NCBI GenBank assembly: GCA_001643675.2
Contig: LSRY02000046.1
Span: forward strand, 248,001 to 312,000
Length of the DNA stretch: 64,000 nucleotides
Direction of reading: 5' to 3'
From: Monocercomonoides exilis PA203
Taxonomy: Eukaryota; Protista; Preaxostyla
Shown here: positions 13,174 to 25,094 of the stretch, piece by piece
Layout of the letters: each line of letters starts with the position of its first letter
Numbering within the stretch: the first letter of the stretch is position 1
The notes under the pieces: generated by a model
Told to the model about the DNA's origin: nothing
Seen by the model: the letters and a program-made list of their open reading frames with translations, nothing else
The model's database searches: none
Position numbers and translations under genes: made by a program

Positions 13174-13943
13174 CATCATATATTATTCAAATTTTGTATA
13201 CTTATTATTCGAAATTGGTCAACTAATTATTCAAAATTAATTAAAATCAGTATATTTTGAAAAAAATTATTTTGATATAATATGATCACTGGCTGAGTGT
13301 CAGAAAGTGATTAAAATGTTTTGTTCTTTTCATTATTCTTAGAAAGGATGAAAAATTGAACCTTTAATATTATTATTTGTCGAAAAACATGAAGTTTTTT
13401 GATTTTTCAGAAAAAATTCATCACCATAGAAATCGGATTATTTTCAAATGAATAAACCTCACATTGCTTAACAAAACATCATTCAATCAAAATATTTTAT
13501 TTGTGTCAATTTTACAAACTGGAAACAAGAATTTTTTATCAGTGAATAAATCCATAAATGAATTTTCGGAGTTCTCCTATTGTTATTTATTGTTTATCTT
13601 AAGATTTTTAATTTATATAACATTTCATGATCGAATTATTCATTATTTTTCATAGTGAGGTGAAATAATACAAATATTATCCGATTTCTATGGTGATGAA
13701 TTTTTTCTGAAAAATCAAAAAACTTCATGTTTTTCGACAAATAATAATATTAAAGGTTCAATTTTTCATCCTTTCTAAGAATAATGAAAAGAACAAAACA
13801 TTTTAATCACTTTCTGACACTCAGCCAGTGATCATATTATATCAAAATAATTTTTTTCAAAATATACTGATTTTAATTAATTTTGAATAATTAGTTGACC
13901 AATTTCGAATAATAAGTATACAAAATTTGAATAATAAATGGTG
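13174..13943. mobile_element. Long fold-back element
   Basis: Arms 13181-13438 and 13679-13936 (258 bp) read as exact reverse complements; 240-bp spacer; imperfect terminal extension followed by TA on the right. Confidence 0.85.
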
Positions 13944-14121
13944 TATTTGTATTTCGTTAATATCAAATTTTTTGAATTTTTATGCAATTCTTTCTTTTTT
14001 CTTTCAGATTTGTTTGAGTTGAAAGAAGGATTTTCGTGCCAAGGAAGATTAAGAGGGATATTTTTTGAACAATGAAAAATGAAACATAATTTGAAATCTT
14101 GAGAAATAAATAATGTGATTT

Positions 14122-15447
14122 ATGGTTAATTATGATGATCTTTTCTTTGGTATTGCTACATATCCGGCAATGTTAATTGATGAAAAATCCAATCAAGCAG
14201 TGCAAAAGTTCAATTCTGTTAAAGTTAACTCAAAAAAACAGATTGATCTTGACGTGAACAAAGGAAAAGTTAAAGCAAAATCAAATTGTCATCGAGACAT
14301 TTCTTTAGATGTTATGAAAAGCGTATCTGCCTACCTTGTTGTATTGACGCACACATTATTTTTTGGGAGAACTGAATATAAAGATTACGTTGCACATGGT
14401 GATGAGTATAAATGGCACGTATGTGCATTTTATACATCATTTGTCCGATGTGCAAATGCAGTTTTCATGATGGTTTCTGGTATATTACTCCTTCATCCTT
14501 CTCATTTGAATGACTCACCAGACGTTTCACTGAAAATGTTCAAAAAAAGAGGTATGAATTATTTGATTTGGAATATTATACGCCGCTACGATAGTTTGAA
14601 AAAAATGAACTGGAAATGTCAATTTAAGGATTCACTTTATTCATCAACACTACGAATAATTAACGGAGAAGGTTCTTTCTGGTATTTGTACACTCTCTTG
14701 TTTGTTCATCTGGCAACTCCCTTCTTTCAGGCGACACTCAAAACAATCACGCGAAGAACGTATGAATACTGTTTGCTTTCGTATTTTCTTATGTATCAAG
14801 GATTGAATGGATTACGATTGCTGATGAATGGATGGACTTTGAGCACACGATTCACAAATATGGCTTTTTTCGTTTTAGCTGGTCCGTATATTTATAGTTT
14901 TGCTGAAAAAGCATCTCATCCTGAAATTGTTTCGGGATACCATTTTGTAAAAGATGAAGATGGGATTTTCAAAAAATTGACCTGTATTAATTGGAAAAAA
15001 CCTTGGGCCAGAGCTGTTTCTCTCTTCGTATTTATCTCAAGTGTTTTACTTATGTATAAAATTTGGTCTTACAGAACCACTCATGGTCTTCCAAATGGTG
15101 CTTTTCTTTTGCTTGATCACAGTCCATTTAACACAGTTGCAGCATTTTCTTTATTTTTATTCCTTTATGGACGTTATTCTAATTGGACGCCAACATCAAA
15201 ATTTGGAAAACTTCTGTACAAATTTTTCACTTCAACAGGATCATGCACTATGGGGATATATATGTTGAACGAATTTTTTATTTACCGTCTGATACCATTT
15301 GTTATTCCGAAATGGACCGGAAAAGAATTAACCAGTTTTAATCCATGTTGGTTCCCTCTTTTCGTCGCTGCGATAGTGTATTTGATATGTTGGATTCTAA
15401 CTCTCATGGCTAAAAGAATTCCTTTTTTTTGCGAACTGTTAATTTGA
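14122..15447 (+). CDS. Acyltransferase-3 family membrane O-acyltransferase (WecH/OafA-like)
   Basis: RDISLDVMK-X10-H motif, FMMVSG, FWYL, GIY; multiple TM segments; intronless. Confidence 0.85.
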   Translation: MVNYDDLFFGIATYPAMLIDEKSNQAVQKFNSVKVNSKKQIDLDVNKGKVKAKSNCHRDISLDVMKSVSAYLVVLTHTLFFGRTEYKDYVAHGDEYKWHVCAFYTSFVRCANAVFMMVSGILLLHPSHLNDSPDVSLKMFKKRGMNYLIWNIIRRYDSLKKMNWKCQFKDSLYSSTLRIINGEGSFWYLYTLLFVHLATPFFQATLKTITRRTYEYCLLSYFLMYQGLNGLRLLMNGWTLSTRFTNMAFFVLAGPYIYSFAEKASHPEIVSGYHFVKDEDGIFKKLTCINWKKPWARAVSLFVFISSVLLMYKIWSYRTTHGLPNGAFLLLDHSPFNTVAAFSLFLFLYGRYSNWTPTSKFGKLLYKFFTSTGSCTMGIYMLNEFFIYRLIPFVIPKWTGKELTSFNPCWFPLFVAAIVYLICWILTLMAKRIPFFCELLI

Positions 15448-16070
15448 TTTGTTTATTTGTATTTCAGGACATGTGATTATCTTTTCTCTAATGTTCTCGC
15501 TATCTTTATATTCCATTTATCTTGTCTTTGTGTTTTCAAACTTTTTCAAAATGGTATTCCGATTTTTTCTTCAAAGTAGTTGATCAGTGAATGAGTACAT
15601 GCTGTATTGCATTTCTTATTTTTATCTTGAATTCACTTATTCAGCAAGATTCTATAATGATGCTATTTTACATTGAAACGATGAACATTGATTATCCTTT
15701 TTTCAATGCTGAATGATTATTAACTGAGATTTTGTTTCCAGCTCCACTTATCACTTTTTGAGATAAACTCCATATCTATATTCATAGACAATGAAAAGAA
15801 ATGTGTGTTTCATTTTTTGATTAAATTTCTTTTATGAAGAGTTTCTATGTTTTGTTTTCACTAAGATCATCGAGATGAATGTTCAAATCATCAAACTTTG
15901 TTTTAGATTTCTCAAGCATTCATAATTTTTTCTATCTCGCTTTTTCATGAACTGAGGATGATGTGGATTGCGATCATTCAAACATGTTTTGGAAATGAAG
16001 ATGATAACGTATATTTGAAGAGTCAGTCGATTTCACTGAACAAAAGCAAATAAGTGAAAAATAAACCTTG

Positions 16071-16113
16071 ACAAACTCTTCAAAACATTTTTTAATTGTT
16101 TTGAAGAGTTTGT
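16071..16113. repeat. Perfect 17-bp stem hairpin between convergent genes
   Basis: ACAAACTCTTCAAAACA, 9-nt loop, TGTTTTGAAGAGTTTGT. Confidence 0.8.
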
Positions 16114-16361
16114 TTTCACAAGATCAGTTTTCTTGAATGCGGTTGCAGTCTTTTGATTTATTATTTGAAAAAGAAAAAGAAAGAAAGTTCAAAAAAGATA
16201 TGGGCCACAAAAAAGAAATAAATTCCATTGATTGGCTTTTTCGTGATGAATAGATTAAGTATTCTATTGATGAATACAAAAAAAAAGATTTCCTTTCTCT
16301 GACATTTGATTCACTTTTCGAAAATGCAATAATGACAAGTGTATGTAATTTTTTTATGGAC

Positions 16362-17843
16362 CTACATTACGAGCTTTTTCAAGACAGGAATTCTCTTTAG
16401 TATGCATGTTGCTATCCAAGTCAAATGGAATCCAAGAACTGCAACGAGAGGGCAAAACCACAGTGGATTCATCTTGAAGAAATCAATTTTTAACTTAATT
16501 GGGAATAAATATTCTGTGACGAAAACATTTATGAAATATTCATTAAATAGGTATATTCCAAATGTGCATGAACCAACAGAAGATATGAAGCTCGCTAGAA
16601 TTTTATCTAGGAATGTTGTTGGAGTCCAATTTGATGCAAATGCATTTATCATGCAGAAAAATGAAACATAAGATACTGGAATTAAGCTGCTGTACAGTTG
16701 ATAAATATTTCCGAAAAATGGATTTTTAAAATAGTGCCCAGATATGACTGTTAATCCAAAGTTAAGCAAGCAAGAACTGACAAAAATCAAAAGGCAAGCT
16801 ACACCAGTTCTTGAACTTTGCCAATTAATCCGTTTTATCGAATGGAAATATCCATCCTCTTCAACCCATTTCGGATGTGGCCCATGAGGATTTTTTTGAT
16901 ACTCCATGATCGTCCATATATAATGCCCCAGCAAAAATGAGAGCAAGACCGAAAAAAAGAAATCATTCACAGCCAAGCACTTCATTAAAGTTAAAAATGT
17001 TTTGACACAGTGAGTTGTTATCCATATCGCAATGATTGAAAATTCCAAAGATTTTCTTGTTGTTGCTTGGATTGCCTGCCTCACAAATGGGACAAATAGA
17101 AGAATCTTCATCACAACTTGCAGATACCAAAATGTTCCAGGATAAATGAAAAATCCTTCGATTATATTTTTTATTCCCAAGAATTTCGTTTTCATTTTCA
17201 ATCCGTCGCTAATTCTTTTTCTGTGATAGGGAATGCTCCAGAAAACATATTGAATAAGTCTTCGAAATACATATTTTAAAGTGCTAGTTTCTGGCTCTTT
17301 CAATCTTCTCGGAGATAGCATTATCAATCCAGTCACCATCATGAACATATGTGATCCAATTCTTCCAAATGCGCACCAGAAATTTGCCCATAGCCAATAA
17401 GGCAACAATTTGTTCGATAGATAATATCCATATGCAAAACGTTGTTTCTGGCATGCATGGCTCATGTTCACAGAAAAAGCAGCACAACATTTTACAAAGT
17501 CAAGAGTCCAATTTCTTGCCTTTGCTTTATTTTCTGAGTTATTCAACGAATTCAATTCAGATGTTTGGCTTTGATGTAATTTGATTTTTTTCTTAAGATT
17601 TGGATCTTCATTTATTGCGGCTTCTGCAATTTGTAATCGATCTTGAACACCTGAATGACTGATCTCCAAGTCCGCTTTTTGTTCATTGAAACCGCCTTTG
17701 CAATTGAAAAAATGATTTGGAAAAAACAATTTTTTGAGCAACAAATGTTCAAAATCAAGTTTCACACTTTTGAAATTTTCTTCTTCACTTTTCTTCAAAT
17801 TTCTTCTTTCACTTGCATCTCGATGGTTGTTATTGTTTTTCAT
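16362..17843 (-). CDS. Acyltransferase-3 family membrane O-acyltransferase, paralog 2
   Basis: RNWTLDFVK-X10-H, FMMVTG, FWYL, SCTFGIYLFNE; colinear with paralog 1 up to the KRIP C-terminus. Confidence 0.85.
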   Translation of the reverse strand: MKNNNNHRDASERRNLKKSEEENFKSVKLDFEHLLLKKLFFPNHFFNCKGGFNEQKADLEISHSGVQDRLQIAEAAINEDPNLKKKIKLHQSQTSELNSLNNSENKAKARNWTLDFVKCCAAFSVNMSHACQKQRFAYGYYLSNKLLPYWLWANFWCAFGRIGSHMFMMVTGLIMLSPRRLKEPETSTLKYVFRRLIQYVFWSIPYHRKRISDGLKMKTKFLGIKNIIEGFFIYPGTFWYLQVVMKILLFVPFVRQAIQATTRKSLEFSIIAIWITTHCVKTFLTLMKCLAVNDFFFSVLLSFLLGHYIWTIMEYQKNPHGPHPKWVEEDGYFHSIKRINWQSSRTGVACLLIFVSSCLLNFGLTVISGHYFKNPFFGNIYQLYSSLIPVSYVSFFCMINAFASNWTPTTFLDKILASFISSVGSCTFGIYLFNEYFINVFVTEYLFPIKLKIDFFKMNPLWFCPLVAVLGFHLTWIATCILKRIPVLKKLVM

Positions 17844-19280
17844 AATTAATTATCTTACTTTCAAAAATAACGTTTCACAATTTTTGATAAAACCAATTCC
17901 GCAAAAAATGGGAATCAATAATGAATGAATGGGCTTGAAAATTGTTTGCAGCATTTTGTTAGGCAAAGGTTTTGTTATTCTTTTAATGTTGCACTGTATA
18001 AAAAACTCAAAAATTTTTATCATGAAGAAATCACGCAATAAATCTTCATGAATTATTTAGAAAAGTTCTGTTCGGATTTGACTTTTCTCTTTTTGAAAAA
18101 AATATTTTTATGGAAAAAACTTATTTTCAAAAAAAAAAATTCTTAAAGAAGCTCAAAATTTTTATATATTTTTGCAAAAGAGTTGAAAATTTGCATTTTT
18201 TTATAAGCTCAATATTATTTTTCTATTAGAAATAAACCTTTAACATTTAATATCCACGTTCTTTTTTGTGAGTTTTTTGTGATATGAGTCTAAAAGAGAA
18301 AATGTTTGTTTTTTCAAAGAATGAAATATGCACATTCAAAAATCGAAAATCACATTTTATTAAAGTGTGTGAACAATAAAGAATATCCATCGAAAAGATA
18401 AACCATTCGATTATCATTCGATATTTTGTTGTATTTTATAAAGCTCGATTACATGCTTTTTTTTAATTTTTATTCATAAATGGAAAATAGAAAAGCTTGC
18501 ATTTTCATCACCAACTATTTTCAAAGATCAATAAAACAAAAAAACTTTTAAAAAAAAGTTTCGGTATATCTGTTTAAAATGATAAAGAAAATGAAACATT
18601 CAGAAAAAATTATGGATTCTTTATTCTTCATTCCCAAAACGCCATCACCTTCATTATCTCGCCTCAAGGCAGTGAACATCTGATCACAAATTGTTGTGCT
18701 TCTCATTCACCTCGTCTTCCCCTGCCAGCGCATTTTCGGTTAACAGAACCACTTTTTCCACCTGCTGTGTGAGTAAGTTTTTAAGTTTAGGAAGAAGAGA
18801 CGGGGATCTCATGATCGAGTTCAATCAAGGCTCATAGGTGTCAGAATCCTCCTTTTCCAAGGCTAATGTGGTATTTTGGGGAGACAAGGCTAGTGTCGGG
18901 TGAGTTATGTATTTTGCATGTGAATCCCTTGTTGCTTTTTCTAAGGAACCCATGTTCGTCTTCGTGATAAGAATCTCTCAAAAAGACAACTCGATTGTTG
19001 GGAATGCCGAAATGGAAGAATTCAGTGTTTGTGAAGTGGACTTGTTTGTATTTTTCGATGGAAATATGGCTTACTTAGTGTATGTTGATGGAACATCTGG
19101 AGTGGAAGAGATATATTTTTCGAACTTGTGAAGACTCCATGCAAAAATGTGAATTTTGAAATGAAACATTTGAAGAGAACACTAAACACAAAAGAGGAAA
19201 TAGCAACGTGAACAAAATCAACAATGACTGGATGCGTTGATGTGGGAGGAATATGTGTGAAGTCCTAATCTGATACAATC

Positions 19281-22200
19281 GTGTGCATAAAATGTGAAAG
19301 AGAAGTTAGCGGATTTTGTGAAGAACTTGTTCATAAATCAGCGTGGCTGACAGAAATGGAGATTGTTGGGATTGTTGTTCCATCGAGTTTAAGCAGATCA
19401 ATCTCAGCAGTGATCGAATCAAGTACTCAAAATGGTGAGTTGTTCATGAAGAACTGCGCAATGAGTATTGCAAAAGAAAAGGAAAACATAATTGGTTATT
19501 TCTTAATCAAATCAACAGGGAAGATGGTTGAACTGGACTTTGTCACTATTTCAGATGTGAAATCAACAGTCTCATTGTTTTCATTTAACGTTTCATCAGC
19601 AAATATGAACGATCATTAATACAAGGTGAAACTTTTAAATTGTACACTGCAAAGATTGGAGATTGATGGAAGCGGAGAGGCAACTGTATTTGGAGGGAAT
19701 ATGGGTGTTGGGATGGTGATGAATGGAAGCAAGATTGAAAGGGCATTGTCAGAGAAGAGCAAAGAAGGTGGAGCACTGAAGATGGTGATGAGTGAAGGAG
19801 GATATGTGACAATTGAAAACAGTTCATTTACTGGAAGTATTTGCGAGAATATGAGTGAGGGAGGAAAAGGAGGAGGGATGTATCTGGATTGCAGTTCAAA
19901 GGAAGAAGAATTTCAGCTTTCATCGAAATCGTTTTCTGGATGCTCAGAAACAGTTGGGAAGAACATATTTGTGATGAGTGGGAATCTGGTGAACAGCATG
20001 AAAATAGAGCGTTTTGCATTTGATTACTCGGGATATTCTAATGATGAGAATGCATTTGTTGGGGAAGATGGAAAATATGGAGAAATGGATCTGCGAGTAT
20101 TTCTTGTTTCTTTGAAGTGGATAGTCGTGTCTGTGTCGACAGATGGACATGACACATTGGGGTGTGGAAGTGAAGTTTTCCCATGCAAAACGATGAAAAG
20201 TGGAATTGACCACACTGACAGAAGTGGAACAGAAGGAGAGAGGAAAGTGAAAGTGAAAGATGAAGGGACAATTTAAGATATTTATTCCTTCACAGATGCA
20301 CTTGTGACTGATGGATGTGCGAATGAGGGAGATGAAATTCAACGCAAGCCTATTCATTTTGAAAAGACTATCAATGGTGATTCAGCAACAACTGTTATTT
20401 CATTATCAGTTTCACTCAGCTTGTTTTCTTTGAAGTTGCAGATTCCAAGTCAATTTACACCAAGTATGAATTCCTTGATCTCTTCGAGTAACAATCTTCA
20501 ACTTGAAAACTGTTTATTTGACATTCAATCATCAACAGATATTGTTCAATACTCGTTGATATCCACAACCACTGGAAGTTGTACATTGACAGGATGCAGT
20601 TTGGCAGATTGTTCATTTTCAAATTCTCCATTTGTAATGGCTTCTTCTGTTTTGTTTGAAAACAGCAACTTTTCAAACATTAAGAACACTGGAAAAGGTG
20701 AAGACGGAGGTGTTGCAAGAGTGACATTGCAAGGGAATGAAAAATTGATGATAAAATCAACAAATGCAACATCTTGTTCACTTTCTTCAAACAATGGAAA
20801 AGGAGGATTCTTGCATCTGGATTGCCAAAATTGTTTGGAAGAAAAGCCTTTTCTTTTGGAAACAGCTACGTTTATGAACAACAAAGCTTCCATTGGAAAA
20901 AACGTGCTCATTTTGGGAAAGGATTTGAATAGTTCTGTGACAAATAGTTCATTCAAATTTGATTATTCCTCAATGATAAATGACAGCAATTTGTTTATGG
21001 GAAGTGATGATTTTCATTCAGACAAAGATCTGTTCATGTTCATCGTTCCATTCAGCTCGTTTGAGATATTTATCTCATCTGAAGGATTTGATGTGGCTCG
21101 TTGTGGATGTGAGGAAGAGCCATGTTTCACGATGTGGAAAGGGATGAAAAACATGAAAAAGGATATTGGAAATAAAACAATTCAGATTGAAGGATCAACT
21201 TTCATTCGAGATTCATTCAACTTGTCCAATTATCAGATCAAAAAGGCTCCATCAATGGGAGAAGAAGATACGAAAGCAACTTTGAATTTTGAAAAAACAA
21301 TTGGAAGTCAACTTGAATATTTAATGGGAAATGATCATCATCTTGAATTGTCCAACATCCAACTCCAACTGACATCTAGATTTGACAACTCAGCCAAAAC
21401 GATTATTTCAAATAGTATTGGAGATTTGATGATAACTGGATGTGCATTCCATTCAGAAGCGGGAGTGAACAATGGATTTGATTGTGTGTTTGTGGATGCG
21501 ATTGGAGGCAGTGTGGAAGTGAATGATTTGTCGATGGAATCGTGCAATGTTGGAAACAGCATATTTGTCATTCATGATTCTGGAATTGTTTGCCATTTTG
21601 TGAATGTTCGAGTGGAATCATTGAATGAAAGTGGGGGATGCATTTTATTGATCAAGGAATCTGAGCCAGGATTGAAGATAAATGAAGAATGTGTAAATAT
21701 TGAGATTGACAAATCATCATTTTCAGGAGTGAAGAAAAGTGACAATGGGCCAAGCATTTTGGAATCAAAGAGTGAGAATAAGATGGATTTGGTTGTGAAT
21801 TCGAGCAGCATAACTGAAGACAAAGCAGAATCAAGTGAAAAAGGAGGGGCAATATTCTTCACATTGGGAAAGTCTGGTTCAATGAAGATGATTGACTCGA
21901 CAATTAGCCATTGCAGCTGCAGTCTCAGTTCGGGAAGAGGAGGAGGAGTGTATTTGGCAACAAAGGAAAGAGGGGAATTGGATTTTTCATATGTGGGGAT
22001 GAAGTTCAGAGACAACGAGGCAAGAGTGGGGAATGATATTTTCATTGAATGCTTCAATATCACATCGCAGATCAATGAAAGTCAATTTCAGTTTGATCTT
22101 CGAGAGAATCATTATTCACGAATTAATGCGATATATGGAAGAGATGAATGCGATCATCAAACCGATACGAATCTGATTGGATTTGTGACAATTCATCAGA

Positions 22201-25094
22201 GTGACACAATCATTGTGAGAAGGATGAATGGAACGAATGACAGACAATGTGGAACATATGCTCTTCCATGTGATTCAATTGAGCATGGATTGGTGCATCT
22301 GACTTCAGATTTTATGAGCGTGATGATTGTTATCGAAGAGAGCATGATAGGTGGAGAGATAGAACTGAATGAGATGAGTTTGAGCTCGAAGAACAGGGAA
22401 AAATGTGAAATTGAAGTGAATTCAGGGATTGAAAAAACAAGAAGGGAATCGATTTCAACAAGAGAAACAGTTTCATTGGTGAAAGTGAATTTTGTGTTTG
22501 ATTCAAATTTCATTTCTCAACATGAATCACTGATATCACCCGAAGGAGGAATTCTTGAAGTGATGAATTGTTCATTCACAACAAAACAATCTAATGAAGA
22601 AGGAAATGCAGAATTTGCAACTATTCCATTTCACATCATTAATATGGTAAAAGGAGAATTACAACTTGACGGATGCACAATATCAAATCTCATTCTTCAT
22701 GAATCGTCATTGCATCTTTCATCTTCTCTTCCATCAGTGATTTATTTGTTTGAGATATTCAATTCAATAGTTTCTCATTCGCTTGTTGAAATTATTGAAT
22801 GTTGACAATTAAACATGGAAAAGTTTCATTCAGAAAATATCACAATTAAAGGAAATGAAGAATCAATGATATCTTGCTTGTCATTGAAAAAGACAATGCA
22901 GTTGACAAATTGCACAAGTGGTGGAGTCAGTTCATAGACAACAAAAGTGAAATTGATGAAATTAGAGAATTGTTTGGATATGAAAATGGAAAGCTGCGTG
23001 TTTGATGGAAATTCAAAAGGAAGAAATGAACAAGCTCGGAATAAAGAAGAAGATTTGTGCAGATGGGAAGGATCTCTTGTGGATGTTGTGAAGAGTTCTG
23101 TGATGATGAAAGGCGCAACAATTACCAATTCACCAGAAGGAGGAATAACAGTGAGTGGAGGATCTGTGTCGATTGAGAAAGGAGAGTTTTTGAATAACAA
23201 TCCCTCAATTGAAGGATATCCATCACTGAGAAGAAACATCATCTGCTCAGATTCAGGAACATTGAATGTGATGAGTTTGAAAGGAGGGGATGGATGGAAG
23301 GATAATACATCACTTTGGATGTTGAATGATGGATGCAGTTTTGAAGGAATTGCTTCCGAAAGGGATTCATCATTCTTCATTCCTGTGTTGGAAAGCGTTG
23401 AAGCAAGGGAGAAAGGATAAGAAATGGAGGCGGTGTTCAAAGGGAAGCTTCTGCTTCCATGCAATCTGTCATTCATGGTTGTGAAGCAAATTGGAGAAGA
23501 AAAACAAATTGAAAAATATGGATTTGGTGAAAGTAGACTTATATCGGAGACTGCAGCAGAGGGGAGGATGCCAAAGGAAAGGATAAGAGAGGCGGAAGAT
23601 GAAGCAGAAGTGAGAGTGAGCATCCTGTTTGGGGATTCGAATAAGCCATCGACCACTGATTCTTTCATTGTGAAGAACAAAAGCGAAACTCAAGTGAAAG
23701 GAAATGGAAAAATCGTTGAAGGAGGAAAAGAAGGAAAATCATTTTGGCCAATAATTGTTGTTGTTTTGGCTATTGTTCTTTTTATTGTTCTTATTGCATC
23801 TATTGTTCTTGTTGTTCGATGGAGAAAACAAAAGAGAAGAACTGAAGAACTGGAAGAGATTGTGAACGATAACATCAGAAAAGATCCGAAGGCATTTGAG
23901 ATGGTGACAATGGAAATGTCTCCAGAGGGGCAGTGGCGAAGAGCAGAGAGGGAGGCGGAGAAGAAGAATGAAGAGAGGATAAAGAAGAGGGCGAATGAGA
24001 AAAGCTTGGGTCATTCAGAATCATCGGAGCATCTTCTATCTGAGAGCGGCTCCACTGAATACATCCTTGGAAGGGATTCAGACAAGATTCCTGAATGGAT
24101 GCTGGAAAAAGTTGAGGAAAAAGAAGATATTTCGAGAAAACGAACTCCCTCACCATCCATTTCATCCACTTCAACAACGGACACTTCAGACTCAGATTCA
24201 ACTTTTGTTCGTGGGGAGGATTTGTGTCCAACCACCTCGTCGATGTCGAATCTGGTGGATGCAATGGCATGTTCATCGCCTCACGAGAAGCTGATTGTGG
24301 ATTTGAGAGATTCGCTGTTCATGCTGCTTCATGGAAGGAATGAGAAGAAGGAGATGGCAATAGGAACGCTGAAGGAGAGGGAGCTGACAGCTGCTCAGAT
24401 CCTGTTCTGGGTGGTGAATGGGGCACTCCACTCCTTCGAAGAATGTGAAGTTCCACTTCAGTCGCTGACAAATCTGAGCCCTCACATTGTGCTGTTCTCA
24501 GAACACATGGTGATCTGTGTTGCGATGCATTCTGACTGCTCTTCTTCAGATTCAGATTCATCTTCCATCTCTTCATCAACTGTTGTGACGTCTGCAAGTG
24601 ACGATGACAGTGACTCCCTTCCTTCCTCAGCGTTTGAGGATGAGGATGATTTCAAAAAGGAGTGTTTGAGGTGGAAGGCTCCAGAGCTGCTGATGAACAG
24701 GAAGATGGGAGCGTCAAAGAAGTCAGTTGTGTTTTCGATTGGGATGATGCTGTGGGAGTGCCTGACGCTGAAGGTCCCGTTTGGGGAGTATGAGGCAGAG
24801 ACAGCAGGGCAAAAGATTGTGAATGGGGAAAGGCCTGCGTTGGAAAAGCTGCCAGTGGAGTTGCAGAGATATGTGGAGGCATGCTGGAGCGGGGAGAGGA
24901 AAAGCCGGCCGACGCTGGTGGAAGTGAAGCGAGCGCTGTTCGGAAGATTCCCGAAGGATGGAGCGATGTTCACAGTGTCGGATGCAATCACATATCTGGT
25001 TCCATCGAGGAATGATGGGCAGGGCAGCATGGAGAACGACAGCAGGGAGACGGTTGCAACAATCAATGAAGTTCAAAACATTGATATGAAATGA
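19281..25094 (+). pseudogene. Receptor-like pseudokinase gene (beta-helix/PMP-like ectodomain, TM helix, degenerate TKL-like kinase domain) with in-frame stops
   Basis: Five ORFs in the same frame; stops at 19617, 20274, 22803, 22935 and 23418. GGA/GGG repeats, TM segment WPIIVVVLAIVLFIVLI, RWKAPE and VFSIGMMLWECLT motifs; HRD/DFG absent. The 5' part (about 18600-19280) is more decayed. Confidence 0.8.

Noticed and set aside
22826-23680. 284-aa antisense ORF and similar shadow ORFs (35457-36431, 52593-53581)
   Set aside because: Antisense shadows of real coding sequence with biased codon usage.
19281-25094. TAA/TAG-to-Gln recoding, as known in some oxymonads, to explain the in-frame stops
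   Set aside because: Long intact ORFs contain no in-frame TAR, several genes end in TAA or TAG, one interruption is TGA, and the tRNA-Gln here has an ordinary CTG anticodon.
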